Part shown: one piece after another, positions 8,399 to 16,824 of the stretch
How the letters are laid out: each line of letters begins with the position of its first letter
How positions within the stretch are numbered: position 1 is the stretch's first letter
Virus record (IMG/VR): IMGVR_UViG_3300020045_009535
Span: 1-31,286 of that record
Length of the DNA stretch: 31,286 bases
Strand: one strand, 5' to 3'
Source: a virus
Lineage: Duplodnaviria > Caudoviricetes
Made by a program: the position numbers and the translations under genes
Notes under the pieces: model-generated
Told to the model about the DNA's origin: nothing
The model's database searches: none
What the model saw: the letters and a program-made list of their open reading frames with translations, nothing else

Positions 8399-8588
8399 TT
8401 CTTAAAAATATTACTTGTTGATTTTCTTCGAACTGTATTATTGATTTTTCAAAAGTGTTATTGCCTTCGACTTTATATGTTAATTTTGAATACTTTTCTA
8501 AAACGGTAAATGCTTCACGGCCGATTACTTTTAGCTCGTATGTGAAAACATCGCGAATAATTAACTCGCTTGCTTCAATTATTTTCAT
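8349..8588 (-). CDS. Hypothetical protein
   Basis: 79-aa ORF; ATGA-type overlap with the upstream gene and a 50-nt overlap with the primase gene. Confidence 0.6.
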   Translation of the reverse strand: MKIIEASELIIRDVFTYELKVIGREAFTVLEKYSKLTYKVEGNNTFEKSIIQFEENQQVIFLRNDTNLRHTPKTQSIEF

Positions 8589-9004
8589 GTTAAAAAGGTG
8601 TGTCGTCGTGGTAAATTATTTTTTTCGGGAACACTTGAAATAGTTGTAAATTCACATTTGCCATTTTGATCGCGCGAAACCCATTTTGCATATTTTCGTA
8701 CATTTTCGCTATTTGTTAAAACTTGAATGTTGTCAATTGAATAGCCTTTAGTTTCGTCGACCCTATCGATGTGAAAATTATTTTTACTAATTCCAGATTC
8801 TAGAATGTATTCTGATTTAACACAAAATAAAATAAAATCTTCTTTAGTTAAATTAAATTCTTTGCCTCGTTGTTTTGCGTGAGCTTTCAACCTGCGAAAC
8901 GCTAAGCCAATTGGGTCGCGTTCCTTTTCGGTTAAATATCTGCATTGGTTGCAAACACAACCGCGCAATTTCGGTTTATCTTTTTTACAAATTTTACAGT
9001 ACAT
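8585..9004 (-). CDS. HNH/His-Me finger endonuclease-like protein
   Basis: N-terminal CxxC...CxxC and HIDRVDETKGYSIDNIQVL..SEN.RK motif. Confidence 0.75.
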   Translation of the reverse strand: MYCKICKKDKPKLRGCVCNQCRYLTEKERDPIGLAFRRLKAHAKQRGKEFNLTKEDFILFCVKSEYILESGISKNNFHIDRVDETKGYSIDNIQVLTNSENVRKYAKWVSRDQNGKCEFTTISSVPEKNNLPRRHTFLT

Positions 9005-9023
9005 AATTTAGTTTGTTATAATT

Positions 9024-10433
9024 TTAATCAAATGGCAGCCTTAAATCAACTTCAGGCGGAACCAAACTGGCAAACGGTGCATCTTCTCTGACTTCTATAA
9101 CTTCTTCCTCGGTATATGGCTTTCGATTTAACTTGTAAAATCGCTGCCCTTTATCGGGCTGTCCATATAATTTTATCAAAACTCTTTTAACAACCTCTCT
9201 GCTCATTTTTTTATCATTTTTTGAAATCTCGTTGAAAGCCATAACGTTTGTAATGTTAAAACTTGAAGTTGAAGTACACGCATCAATTCTTTGTCGTGAA
9301 AAAATATCCCGCAACTCTAACATTATATTATTAATTTCTCCTACCTGTGAATTTGGACGTATCACTTCGCGATAAATTTCACTTAATTTTAAAGCTGATA
9401 AATTGCACTCCAACACGAACTCATGCCACATCGATTGTATTTCTGGGAATCCTAAGTCTTCTGGTACTGTGAAATGTATTGCCAAAATTCGCCTTTCAGT
9501 TTCATCTTGCACAAAATAAATCGGGTCGACGTTCGAAGTCATTATATAATTTCGGAAACATCGCCTGGTCCGGTCACCAGTCTTATACTTAAACTCAACT
9601 TCGCAGCTATTCGACGTAATTAACTGTTTGAAATCGTCATAAACTTTTTGCATATCGAAAAATCCGCCCTCGTCAATCAATGTACATCGCGATGAAGTAG
9701 CTTTCGGAATGTCAAAGTTTTTCATCTGCATCTCCTTTTTTAACTTCGATTTATGTTGTGTCGCATCTCCGTTCGTTTCACCGTTCAAAAAACTACAGAT
9801 ATATGACGCTACAGTCGTTTTTCCTGTGAACTGTTCTTTTGACCACAAATATAAAAAAGTGTTAAGCGAAGGGTCTAAATCATCTAATTTTGTTTGGCTA
9901 CAAAAATACTGAAGGTACATTATATCGCGATCCGAAAAATTATAAGTCTTTTTAATCCTTACTGAAATTTTGCGTAGCTTATCAAGTTCCAACTCCTTTT
10001 TTATCTTAACAAATTGTGCCTGTCTTCGTTTTGGCAAAATAAGACTAAACCAAATATAAGTGCCTTTGCTTTGCGCCCAATCATTGCAACGGTCGGGGTG
10101 TTTGAAAAGTGATATATGCTGGCCGTACAATAATTTATAATCTACATCTACCTGTTTTAATAAATCATTGTTTGACAAAACCTTATCGCGAACAATTGAC
10201 CTACATATGTCAGAGAAAAAAACTTGAATATCTTCCTCACTGCTCGGCTCTACGTATTTTTCAATAAACTCAACGACATTGTTTTCGGACTCCCATGCCC
10301 TATCTCCAAAAATAATCACCTCTGGGTTCTGAGGATATTTTTTTAGATGAAAATCAATCAAAGCGTTGTCTGCCGGAAAAACCATTTTGATTGCCTCAAT
10401 TCTATCTAATTCCTTTAACTGTTCATAGTTCAT
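9024..10433 (-). CDS. VapE/VirE-like P-loop NTPase (probable replicative helicase)
   Basis: LYLWSKEQFTGKTT (Walker A), TLIDEGG (Walker B), YIMTSN and DETERRIL, as in VapE/SF3-like helicases; paired with the primase. Confidence 0.8.
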   Translation of the reverse strand: MNYEQLKELDRIEAIKMVFPADNALIDFHLKKYPQNPEVIIFGDRAWESENNVVEFIEKYVEPSSEEDIQVFFSDICRSIVRDKVLSNNDLLKQVDVDYKLLYGQHISLFKHPDRCNDWAQSKGTYIWFSLILPKRRQAQFVKIKKELELDKLRKISVRIKKTYNFSDRDIMYLQYFCSQTKLDDLDPSLNTFLYLWSKEQFTGKTTVASYICSFLNGETNGDATQHKSKLKKEMQMKNFDIPKATSSRCTLIDEGGFFDMQKVYDDFKQLITSNSCEVEFKYKTGDRTRRCFRNYIMTSNVDPIYFVQDETERRILAIHFTVPEDLGFPEIQSMWHEFVLECNLSALKLSEIYREVIRPNSQVGEINNIMLELRDIFSRQRIDACTSTSSFNITNVMAFNEISKNDKKMSREVVKRVLIKLYGQPDKGQRFYKLNRKPYTEEEVIEVREDAPFASLVPPEVDLRLPFD

Positions 10434-10434
10434 A

Positions 10435-10587
10435 CTAATCTACTTTATTGAATCCGTTAATAAAATAGGCGTATAAACCCGAATAGTTTGACGTTCCGAA
10501 AATCTCAATACTTATTTTCCGCGCCTTCTCTTTTTCTTCGCGAGTTAATGTTACTAGCGTTTTAGTTTCTTTTTTGTTATTTTTCAT
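10435..10587 (-). CDS. Ribbon-helix-helix (CopG/Arc-like) DNA-binding protein, 50 aa (not in the ORF track)
   Basis: MKNNKKETKTLVTLTREEKEKARKISIEIFGTSNYSGLYAYFINGFNKVD has an alternating beta-strand, helix, G-turn-S, helix pattern. Its stop is 1 nt before the VapE ATG. Confidence 0.65.
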   Translation of the reverse strand: MKNNKKETKTLVTLTREEKEKARKISIEIFGTSNYSGLYAYFINGFNKVD

Positions 10588-10682
10588 TTTACTCGTTGTC
10601 GATTATAAATTTTTGAATATTTTATCTATTAACTCACTGGTTTTCATAGGTTCAAAATTTTGAACTTGTACATATTATATTG

Positions 10683-11388
10683 TTAGGGTTCACTGTAAAG
10701 AAATGACCCTTGTTTGCAAATCGAGAATTTTCTCATTTATCATAGCATTGTGTTCTTCTATGTTTATAGGAATTAAAGATAAATCACGACAGCCTTTTGC
10801 GGTCGCCACAGCTTCTTTAACTGTGTAAACTCCTGCATAAGCCAAATATTCGGTATATCCGTTTGAATTTGGTCTGTAGTAATAGCCTTTTTTAATGTAG
10901 CAGTATTTTATTTTTTCGTCAGACAACATTAAATCAAGTGCTGCAATTCGTTTGCGTTCTTCTTTAATTTCGTGAATCTTCCACATTGGAAGCAATTCAT
11001 TCTCAAATTCAAACTTATCTGATTCCACAGCTCTAACTACTGGAATATTCAAATATGTAACAGGTTCGAGTGTATGCCTAATTTTATAATCATCATACTT
11101 TATATCTGATAAAATAAGTTGTTTTGCTTTTCCTAAAGAATCAGCATATACGACCTTATCTGAAAGGAAATGACCTTCGTCAATTCTGTGCGCTTCTAAT
11201 TTGAACGCTTTTTTTGCTAATTTTAATTTTTCCATAATAAAAAAAAAGATACAGCGAAACCCTAACACTACAGTATGTTTAGTAGCCCGCTTTTGTTGTT
11301 AATTGAAAGTTATTTGCCGCATTAGCGGAATTTATTTGTCGTCAGTGCGTAGCCCGCAAATGGGCTACATAATCATACTGTCTCTTCG
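10683..11388. mobile_element. Putative integron-like gene cassette (706 bp): one ORF plus attC-like site
   Basis: Starts G|TTAGGGT at 10682, complementary to ACCCTAAC at 11259, which opens an attC-like hairpin closing at G|TTATGC (11388). Confidence 0.65.
10690..11235 (-). CDS. Hypothetical protein carried on the putative cassette (181 aa)
   Basis: The ATG at 11235 is preferred because the 11268 start lies within the attC-like arm. YYRPNSNGYT..LAYAGVY..EA motif. Confidence 0.8.
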   Translation of the reverse strand: MEKLKLAKKAFKLEAHRIDEGHFLSDKVVYADSLGKAKQLILSDIKYDDYKIRHTLEPVTYLNIPVVRAVESDKFEFENELLPMWKIHEIKEERKRIAALDLMLSDEKIKYCYIKKGYYYRPNSNGYTEYLAYAGVYTVKEAVATAKGCRDLSLIPINIEEHNAMINEKILDLQTRVISLQ

Positions 11389-11394
11389 TTATGC
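11259..11394. other. attC-like imperfect palindrome (136 bp)
   Basis: ACCCTAAC-acta-CAGTATG-ttta-GTAGCCC ... GGGCTAC-ataat-CATACTG-tctcttc-GTTATGC: AAC/GTT ends, unpaired central spacer, second stem with a bulged base. Confidence 0.7.
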
Positions 11395-11493
11395 TCCCGA
11401 AGTAAAACTAATAAATGTCGCTCGCTGTCCATCATTTGTGAAAGTTCCTAAATCATGATAATAGCGACCGTTATGGTTATATTTAAAAACCAC
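11389..11493 (-). CDS. Small leaderless ORF (34 aa, GTG start)
   Basis: (M)VFKYNHNGRYYHDLGTFTNDGQRATFISFTSGA; GTG is 4 nt after TATATTTG, and the TAA stop lies within the GCATAAC attC-like box. Confidence 0.45.
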   Translation of the reverse strand: MVFKYNHNGRYYHDLGTFTNDGQRATFISFTSGA

Positions 11494-11497
11494 TCTG

Positions 11498-11505
11498 CAA
11501 ATATA
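11498..11505 (-). promoter_or_regulatory. Leftward promoter -7 box (TATATTTG) heading the replication arm
   Basis: caaatata at the edge of the divergent intergenic region. Confidence 0.65.
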
Positions 11506-11701
11506 TACTATATACTTTATATATATAAATAAATCGCGAAAAATATGTGTTAAAGTTGATTTAATTTTATAAGTAGCTATAATTCAGTTACCTACTTGCA
11601 ATTTAGCATTTGTTAACTTGAAATATAGTTAAAAGCTATAGTATTTGTAAATTGCATAAAGTTTCATACAAAATTATGGTATTTTTACCATGAATTTACT
11701 C

Positions 11702-12031
11702 ATTTCTTTCATAGTAAGTGTTAATCCCATAGTAAAATCCGAAAAATAGCTTTTATAACTAATTGATAAACATATGAGTTAACATAAATTAACTGGACAC
11801 TATGGGATTATGGGATTCTTTTTAAAAAACTTTTATATATAGGGGTCTTTTTTCTCTGGTCTTTATCTATACTCTTTCATTTTAGTTAATAAAATAAGTA
11901 TATAAAATGGTAAATAATTACATATCAATAAATTAAGTCATTAACATTTATTAAGTTTTAATGAAAAACTGAATTTTACTATGAAAGAAATAGGGGCTAT
12001 TTCTATGGGATTGTTTACTTCGGCTATGGGA
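11702..12031. repeat. Symmetric repeat region: candidate replication origin or packaging site
   Basis: 16-bp perfect inverted repeat (11702-11717 / 11976-11991), two WATCAANNNNTTR boxes (11756-11768 minus, 11923-11935 plus), and (C)TATGGGA repeats at 11800, 11809, 12003, 12024 and inverted at 11724-11732. Confidence 0.7.
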
Positions 12032-12182
12032 AAGTGCTGTTATTTAACTTTATTAATAAATTTCTTTCATACTTTTGTTAAAGAAAATAGTTAAATTAAT
12101 GTTTATTCACAATTAACATAACTTAACAACTGTATTTTTACTGCATTTTTAACTCAATTTATCGCGATTAGAAAATAATCAC

Positions 12183-12190
12183 TATCTTTG
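12183..12190 (+). promoter_or_regulatory. Rightward promoter -7 box TATCTTTG
   Basis: Matches TAnnTTTG, 5 nt before the terminase ATG. Confidence 0.7.
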
Positions 12191-12195
12191 CAAAC

Positions 12196-13539
12196 ATGAA
12201 CGCACAGGACAGCCACATAGAAATACTTACAGGTATCGCCACAGGTTATGGCGAGGGCTACACGGCTGTCAATGGTGCGCTAGTAAAGGTTGGTGCTCGT
12301 GATATAATTGAAGCTGGTAGGAGGCTTGAGGAGCTTAGTGTGTTCAACTTTAACAACAACGATACAGAGAAGCGTTCATCGTTGGTATTATCCGTTCGAG
12401 ATTCAATTATTGACAAATACTATCGTTTTTTCAGAAGTAAAGAAAATATTTTAATACTTGAGGGTGGTTCTAGGTCAGGAAAAACAAACAACAAGTGTCG
12501 CGACCTAGTACTGGATTGTGATTTAAACGGAGCGATTTGGAATATAATTGCTCCATCGTTCAAAATGTTAAATCTAGGTTCGTTTATTGACATTAAAGAT
12601 TTTGTTGAGGAGCAAAATATTGACGTTAAATTACCAGTTAGTGCGTCAGGTCAAATTAGATTCGGGTCAGGCGGTTGTATTACTTTTGAAGTTGTAACGT
12701 CAGAAAACGAAGCGAAACGAAATAGGAAAAACGTTTATATTAACGAAGCTGACGGAATTAAAAAAGAAATTGCGCTGTTAATAATTGGTCGCGCGTCCGG
12801 ACAGATAGTAATTGACTACAACCCGACTAAAAAATTTTGGGTTGAAGACTATAAAAAGGCTGATAACGTTAACGTTCTTAGAACAACGTGGAAAGATAAC
12901 CCATTTTTATCAAAAAATCAACTCGAATGGTTCGCGAATCTTAAAAAAAATGGTGAACGCTCTGAAATTGGAAGCCCTGAACGTTATGTTTATGAGGTTT
13001 ATTATTTAGGAAAATATTCTTCGCTTGCTAAATCGGTATTTCGCGGTTCGGATTTTCAGTACTGGGATGAATTGCCGGATAGATTCGACACTATTTTTTC
13101 GTATTCCGATCCATCGCTTGGGGTTGGGGCTGACTTTTTCGCGGCCGGTCTATTCGGGATCAAAGATGGACAGGATTATTTATTAGACAGCGTTTTTTCA
13201 CAATACGAAACAGCAGAAACATATCTTAAAAAAATGCAAAGCTGGGATAAACTGCATGAATGTGAGCATTTTATTGAAACCAACGGACTTGGAAAGTTAA
13301 TTTATAACAAAATAAAGAATAATTATCAAGGCAATTTGCACTCGGTTTCAAATGCTGACAATAAAAATGGTGATATTATTCTTTATTCGCCAGAAGCAAA
13401 GCAAATTTTATATAATAAATCGGACACAACGGCAGAAATGATTAAGCAATGTGTTGCTTTTCCAGATGCAGATCACGACGATGCTCCGGACATGTTATGC
13501 CGTTCGCGAAAAATAAAAGAAAAATATTTCGCAATTTAA
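12196..13539 (+). CDS. terL: Terminase large subunit with N-terminal TerS-like extension
   Basis: LEGGSRSGKT (Walker A), VYINEA (Walker B), DYNPT, TTWKDNPFL, nuclease SDPS..GADF and FPDADHDDAPD. Confidence 0.93.
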   Translation: MNAQDSHIEILTGIATGYGEGYTAVNGALVKVGARDIIEAGRRLEELSVFNFNNNDTEKRSSLVLSVRDSIIDKYYRFFRSKENILILEGGSRSGKTNNKCRDLVLDCDLNGAIWNIIAPSFKMLNLGSFIDIKDFVEEQNIDVKLPVSASGQIRFGSGGCITFEVVTSENEAKRNRKNVYINEADGIKKEIALLIIGRASGQIVIDYNPTKKFWVEDYKKADNVNVLRTTWKDNPFLSKNQLEWFANLKKNGERSEIGSPERYVYEVYYLGKYSSLAKSVFRGSDFQYWDELPDRFDTIFSYSDPSLGVGADFFAAGLFGIKDGQDYLLDSVFSQYETAETYLKKMQSWDKLHECEHFIETNGLGKLIYNKIKNNYQGNLHSVSNADNKNGDIILYSPEAKQILYNKSDTTAEMIKQCVAFPDADHDDAPDMLCRSRKIKEKYFAI

Positions 13540-13549
13540 AAACTTTAAT

Positions 13550-13557
13550 TATCTTTG
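13550..13557 (+). promoter_or_regulatory. Promoter -7 box TATCTTTG
   Basis: 4 nt before the portal ATG. Confidence 0.6.
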
Positions 13558-13561
13558 TCGC

Positions 13562-14512
13562 ATGGGACTTTTTAACTTCAAAAATACAGTTAATCCGGCT
13601 ACTGAAACGCGAGAGTTTTGGAGTGGAGCGATTGCCAGTCTTGGACTCGGTGAGTACTCGGATGTTGTGTTAAAACTTTGCATTGCCCCAATCATTGACG
13701 AACTTAAAAAAGTTGAGTTTTATTGCACCAATCCGCAATACGACTTGAAAACTCGCGATACAATTAAATTTCTTAACACAAAATATTCAACTATTTACAA
13801 ATACTTTTTTAAGAAAGGCTTTTGTGCTGTTAAAATTGATGCAAGCGGGAATATAACATTTGACAATTTTTGCACTATTAAAAGTAAAAGCGAATTCGAA
13901 AAAGAGTTAAATAATCCAATTTCATCATTTAGCTTTGAATACGATTTTTTTAATAAATCACAATATGATTTACTCGAATCAATCTTTGAAAATGTGAATA
14001 CCGGATTGACTGCACAAAAAGCGGTTACTAAAATTCTCGGACAATTTACAATTTTCAGCAAAGAAAAAGAAGGAGCGAATGAGCGCGTAGTACCATTAAC
14101 TAATGACGAGCGCGATAAATACGTTAAAAAGTATGGTGATTTATTTTCAGGAAATAATGTAGGTACGTCAGTTGAATTCACAAATGCGAATTTGAAACGT
14201 GACACCATTTTATTTCCACTTGACAAACTTCAAATAGTTGACCAGATAACATTTAACATTTTACTAATTGCTGGAGTTCTCAATGTTCCTTACGACCTAA
14301 TACCTTTGACCGGTAAATCAACTTACGCAAATCAGGAATCAGCACGCGAATATCTAAGAACTAACACAGTTAATGGAATTGCTGAAAATATGCTCGAACT
14401 TGGTAGAAAAATATTAACTGCAAAAGAAAAGCTTGTACCAAAATCAGCAATTGATTTTCGCGTTATTGAAAGCGCGGTCAAACTTCAACAGACAAACACC
14501 ACAATAGTATGA
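13562..14512 (+). CDS. Portal protein (HK97-like, compact)
   Basis: Follows TerL; IAGVLNVPYDLI...KSTYANQESA matches the HK97-portal C-terminal motif. Confidence 0.85.
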   Translation: MGLFNFKNTVNPATETREFWSGAIASLGLGEYSDVVLKLCIAPIIDELKKVEFYCTNPQYDLKTRDTIKFLNTKYSTIYKYFFKKGFCAVKIDASGNITFDNFCTIKSKSEFEKELNNPISSFSFEYDFFNKSQYDLLESIFENVNTGLTAQKAVTKILGQFTIFSKEKEGANERVVPLTNDERDKYVKKYGDLFSGNNVGTSVEFTNANLKRDTILFPLDKLQIVDQITFNILLIAGVLNVPYDLIPLTGKSTYANQESAREYLRTNTVNGIAENMLELGRKILTAKEKLVPKSAIDFRVIESAVKLQQTNTTIV

Positions 14513-15066
14513 GAAAAGAATTTATTAACTATATGATTTTAGGTAAATCGAATGAAACGCCTTTAATCGAAATTATTAAAGCCGATCCGAAAGATGAAAA
14601 TTCCGAGGAAATTGGTTTCCGCATTTCAGGAGTTGCAACCACTTTTGAACAACGTAATGAAAATGGTGGAATTTTTAAATCGGGAGACTTTGACAAGTTT
14701 ATTCGCGAATATTTCAAACGCAATAAGCTAAACATGGTCTGCCCGATTGAACATAGTTATGAATTTGACAATCGCGGTGTTTTTTCAGTAATTGAAAATG
14801 AACTCGAAACGTTAAATGTTACAGTTGAATTTTATAAAGATTGTTGTAGCTTATACGAGGTTATCAAAAATCAAGTTAAGCGCGGAATACTTCAAGGCTT
14901 TTCGACTTACGGTTGGATAATGGACGACGGAAACGCAGAATTGTTAAATATTAGTTTGGTTTCAATGCCTGCTGATAAGGGTTCAAAATTATTTAAGAAT
15001 ACAAAATTTATCGGGTTTGAAGAAATAGAACACGAACAAGAAATAAAAAAATTCACTTTATTTTAA
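14509..15066 (+). CDS. HK97-type prohead protease
   Basis: ISGVATTF, IEHS, GILQGFSTYG and ELLNISLVSMPAD motifs. Confidence 0.9.
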   Translation: MRKEFINYMILGKSNETPLIEIIKADPKDENSEEIGFRISGVATTFEQRNENGGIFKSGDFDKFIREYFKRNKLNMVCPIEHSYEFDNRGVFSVIENELETLNVTVEFYKDCCSLYEVIKNQVKRGILQGFSTYGWIMDDGNAELLNISLVSMPADKGSKLFKNTKFIGFEEIEHEQEIKKFTLF

Positions 15067-15088
15067 AAACAATAAAAAAATTAAGAAA

Positions 15089-16315
15089 ATGAAAAAACCC
15101 TTATTAGAAGCGTTAAACATTTTTGCTAACAGCTATAAAAAAATGGCTAGCGAAAAGTTAACAAAGTTCAAAAATGAACTTACACCCGACCAAATTCAAA
15201 TGCTTGGTGATGAAATTACGAGTTTGGATGCCTTGTCTGCTAAGTTAGCAGAATTGGCAACTGCCGAACCTGACAACGAAGAAGTTGTAAAACTTCAAAC
15301 AATGGTTACTGATCTTCAAACTGCTTTGGGTGAAAACCAAACAGCATTTGAAAACAAAATCGCAAAAATGGTTGAAGGTAAAACCAAAAAACAATTTGCA
15401 AACTTTGTTAAAGAAGCAGTTGAAAACAAACTTTTCGACAAAGGCACAAAACAATCAATCGGGATTACTCGCTTTGAAAATGCAAACAACGCGAATTTAA
15501 ACGTTATCTATCAGGATTCTGAAATCGGTATTACGCCATCTTTAGTTCCAACTTTGATAGATTACGTTCGTCAAATTTCGCTGAATGGTCAAAATTCTGT
15601 TGCATGGAATGAGCACACAGCTGGAACAGATGCTTCTGCTATCGTTGCAATTGGTGGTGACAAACCAGTTAAAACAGCGTCGCACACTTCAACCACAACT
15701 GGAACTGAAACCCTCGCGGTTATTTCAAAATTGCCAAAACAGTACAAAGCTGCTATCTCAATGATTGCGGACATTTATGTTAACGACCTTAACAAAGATA
15801 TGTTGCGTAAATTAAACAGCACTTTAATTGCTATCGTTGCGGCCGGTTCTGACATTGCAGATTTTTATACAACTATTCCAACGGTTGACAAAGCTCACAT
15901 CATAGACGCAATTCGTTTGGTTGCCGCTGGTATCAAAAATTTGTTCCCTGAAAATCGCGTTGTAATCGGTTTATCACAAGCCGCTTTGTTCGAGTTGGAT
16001 TCCGTTAAAGATGAAAACGGCAACTATGTGACTTATGATTTTGCACAAAAAGGAATTATCTTAGTTTCTATTCCGGTTACCGCAACATTTACAGCTACTT
16101 CTATTTTAGGAATGAGCGAGAGCGTTGTAAGATGGTATTCAGATGGACTTGACAACCTGATCACTGACCAACGTTATTGGGACACAAACGAAATCGGTCT
16201 GATGATTGAAGTTCTTAACTCGTTGTTTGTTCTTCGCGGTTGTGATGCACTTGCAACTTGTTTCGATGATTATTCAACAATAATTACCGACATGGGCGGA
16301 GGCGTTCAAGGTTAA
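15089..16315 (+). CDS. Major capsid protein (HK97 fold, N-terminal coiled-coil delta domain)
   Basis: Follows the protease; coiled-coil N-terminus, VAIGGDKP and LDSVKDENGNY motifs. Confidence 0.88.
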   Translation: MKKPLLEALNIFANSYKKMASEKLTKFKNELTPDQIQMLGDEITSLDALSAKLAELATAEPDNEEVVKLQTMVTDLQTALGENQTAFENKIAKMVEGKTKKQFANFVKEAVENKLFDKGTKQSIGITRFENANNANLNVIYQDSEIGITPSLVPTLIDYVRQISLNGQNSVAWNEHTAGTDASAIVAIGGDKPVKTASHTSTTTGTETLAVISKLPKQYKAAISMIADIYVNDLNKDMLRKLNSTLIAIVAAGSDIADFYTTIPTVDKAHIIDAIRLVAAGIKNLFPENRVVIGLSQAALFELDSVKDENGNYVTYDFAQKGIILVSIPVTATFTATSILGMSESVVRWYSDGLDNLITDQRYWDTNEIGLMIEVLNSLFVLRGCDALATCFDDYSTIITDMGGGVQG

Positions 16316-16324
16316 ATTAAATAC

Positions 16325-16352
16325 AGTTGAGTAGTTTAAACGCTACTCAACT
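16325..16352 (+). terminator. Stem-loop after the capsid gene (partial terminator or mRNA stabiliser)
   Basis: AGTTGAGTAG / CTACTCAACT perfect 10-bp stem; no clear U-tract. Confidence 0.55.
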
Positions 16353-16382
16353 AATTATTAACAAATAAAAAAAAACACAAAA

Positions 16383-16820
16383 ATGAAAAAAATAATTTTA
16401 TTTTTAATTATCGCGATTGGATTTTTAGCCTCAACGGTTAAAGCTCAAACTATTTTACCGGTTGAGAAATATGTTTTCTCTTATGTCGGCGTCGCAACTG
16501 ATACAGTTGGCGTTGGTACTACTGTTTGGAATAAAGCCATTCAGTTAAATAAACTCGATGGTCTGTTTTACAACGCGAACATAAAAGTTTCAGACGTTAC
16601 AGCCGGAGCGACCGCAACGATTAAATTGAAAGGCAAGGTTTTTGGCTCTGATACTTACACGGACATAACTACTGTATTATGGAAGGGCGGAGGAACTGAC
16701 ACAACAATTGTTTTTACGTCGAATACAAATAAAGTTTATTGGCGTTATCTACAATTTGAAGTCACGCGAACAAACGCCAAATTAAAAGTCGATTATATTA
16801 ACTTATCATTAAAAAAGTAA
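16383..16820 (+). CDS. Predicted secreted beta-rich protein
   Basis: MKKIILFLIIAIGFLASTVKA|Q signal peptide followed by a beta-strand-rich mature part. Confidence 0.8.
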   Translation: MKKIILFLIIAIGFLASTVKAQTILPVEKYVFSYVGVATDTVGVGTTVWNKAIQLNKLDGLFYNANIKVSDVTAGATATIKLKGKVFGSDTYTDITTVLWKGGGTDTTIVFTSNTNKVYWRYLQFEVTRTNAKLKVDYINLSLKK

Positions 16821-16824
16821 AGCC

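Noticed and set aside
11259-11394. tRNA or simple terminator
   Set aside because: No cloverleaf, T-loop or CCA is present, and there is no U-tract after the stems. The boundaries fit an attC-like fold better.
11702-12031. CRISPR array
   Set aside because: The repeats are only 7-16 bp, irregularly spaced and in both orientations.
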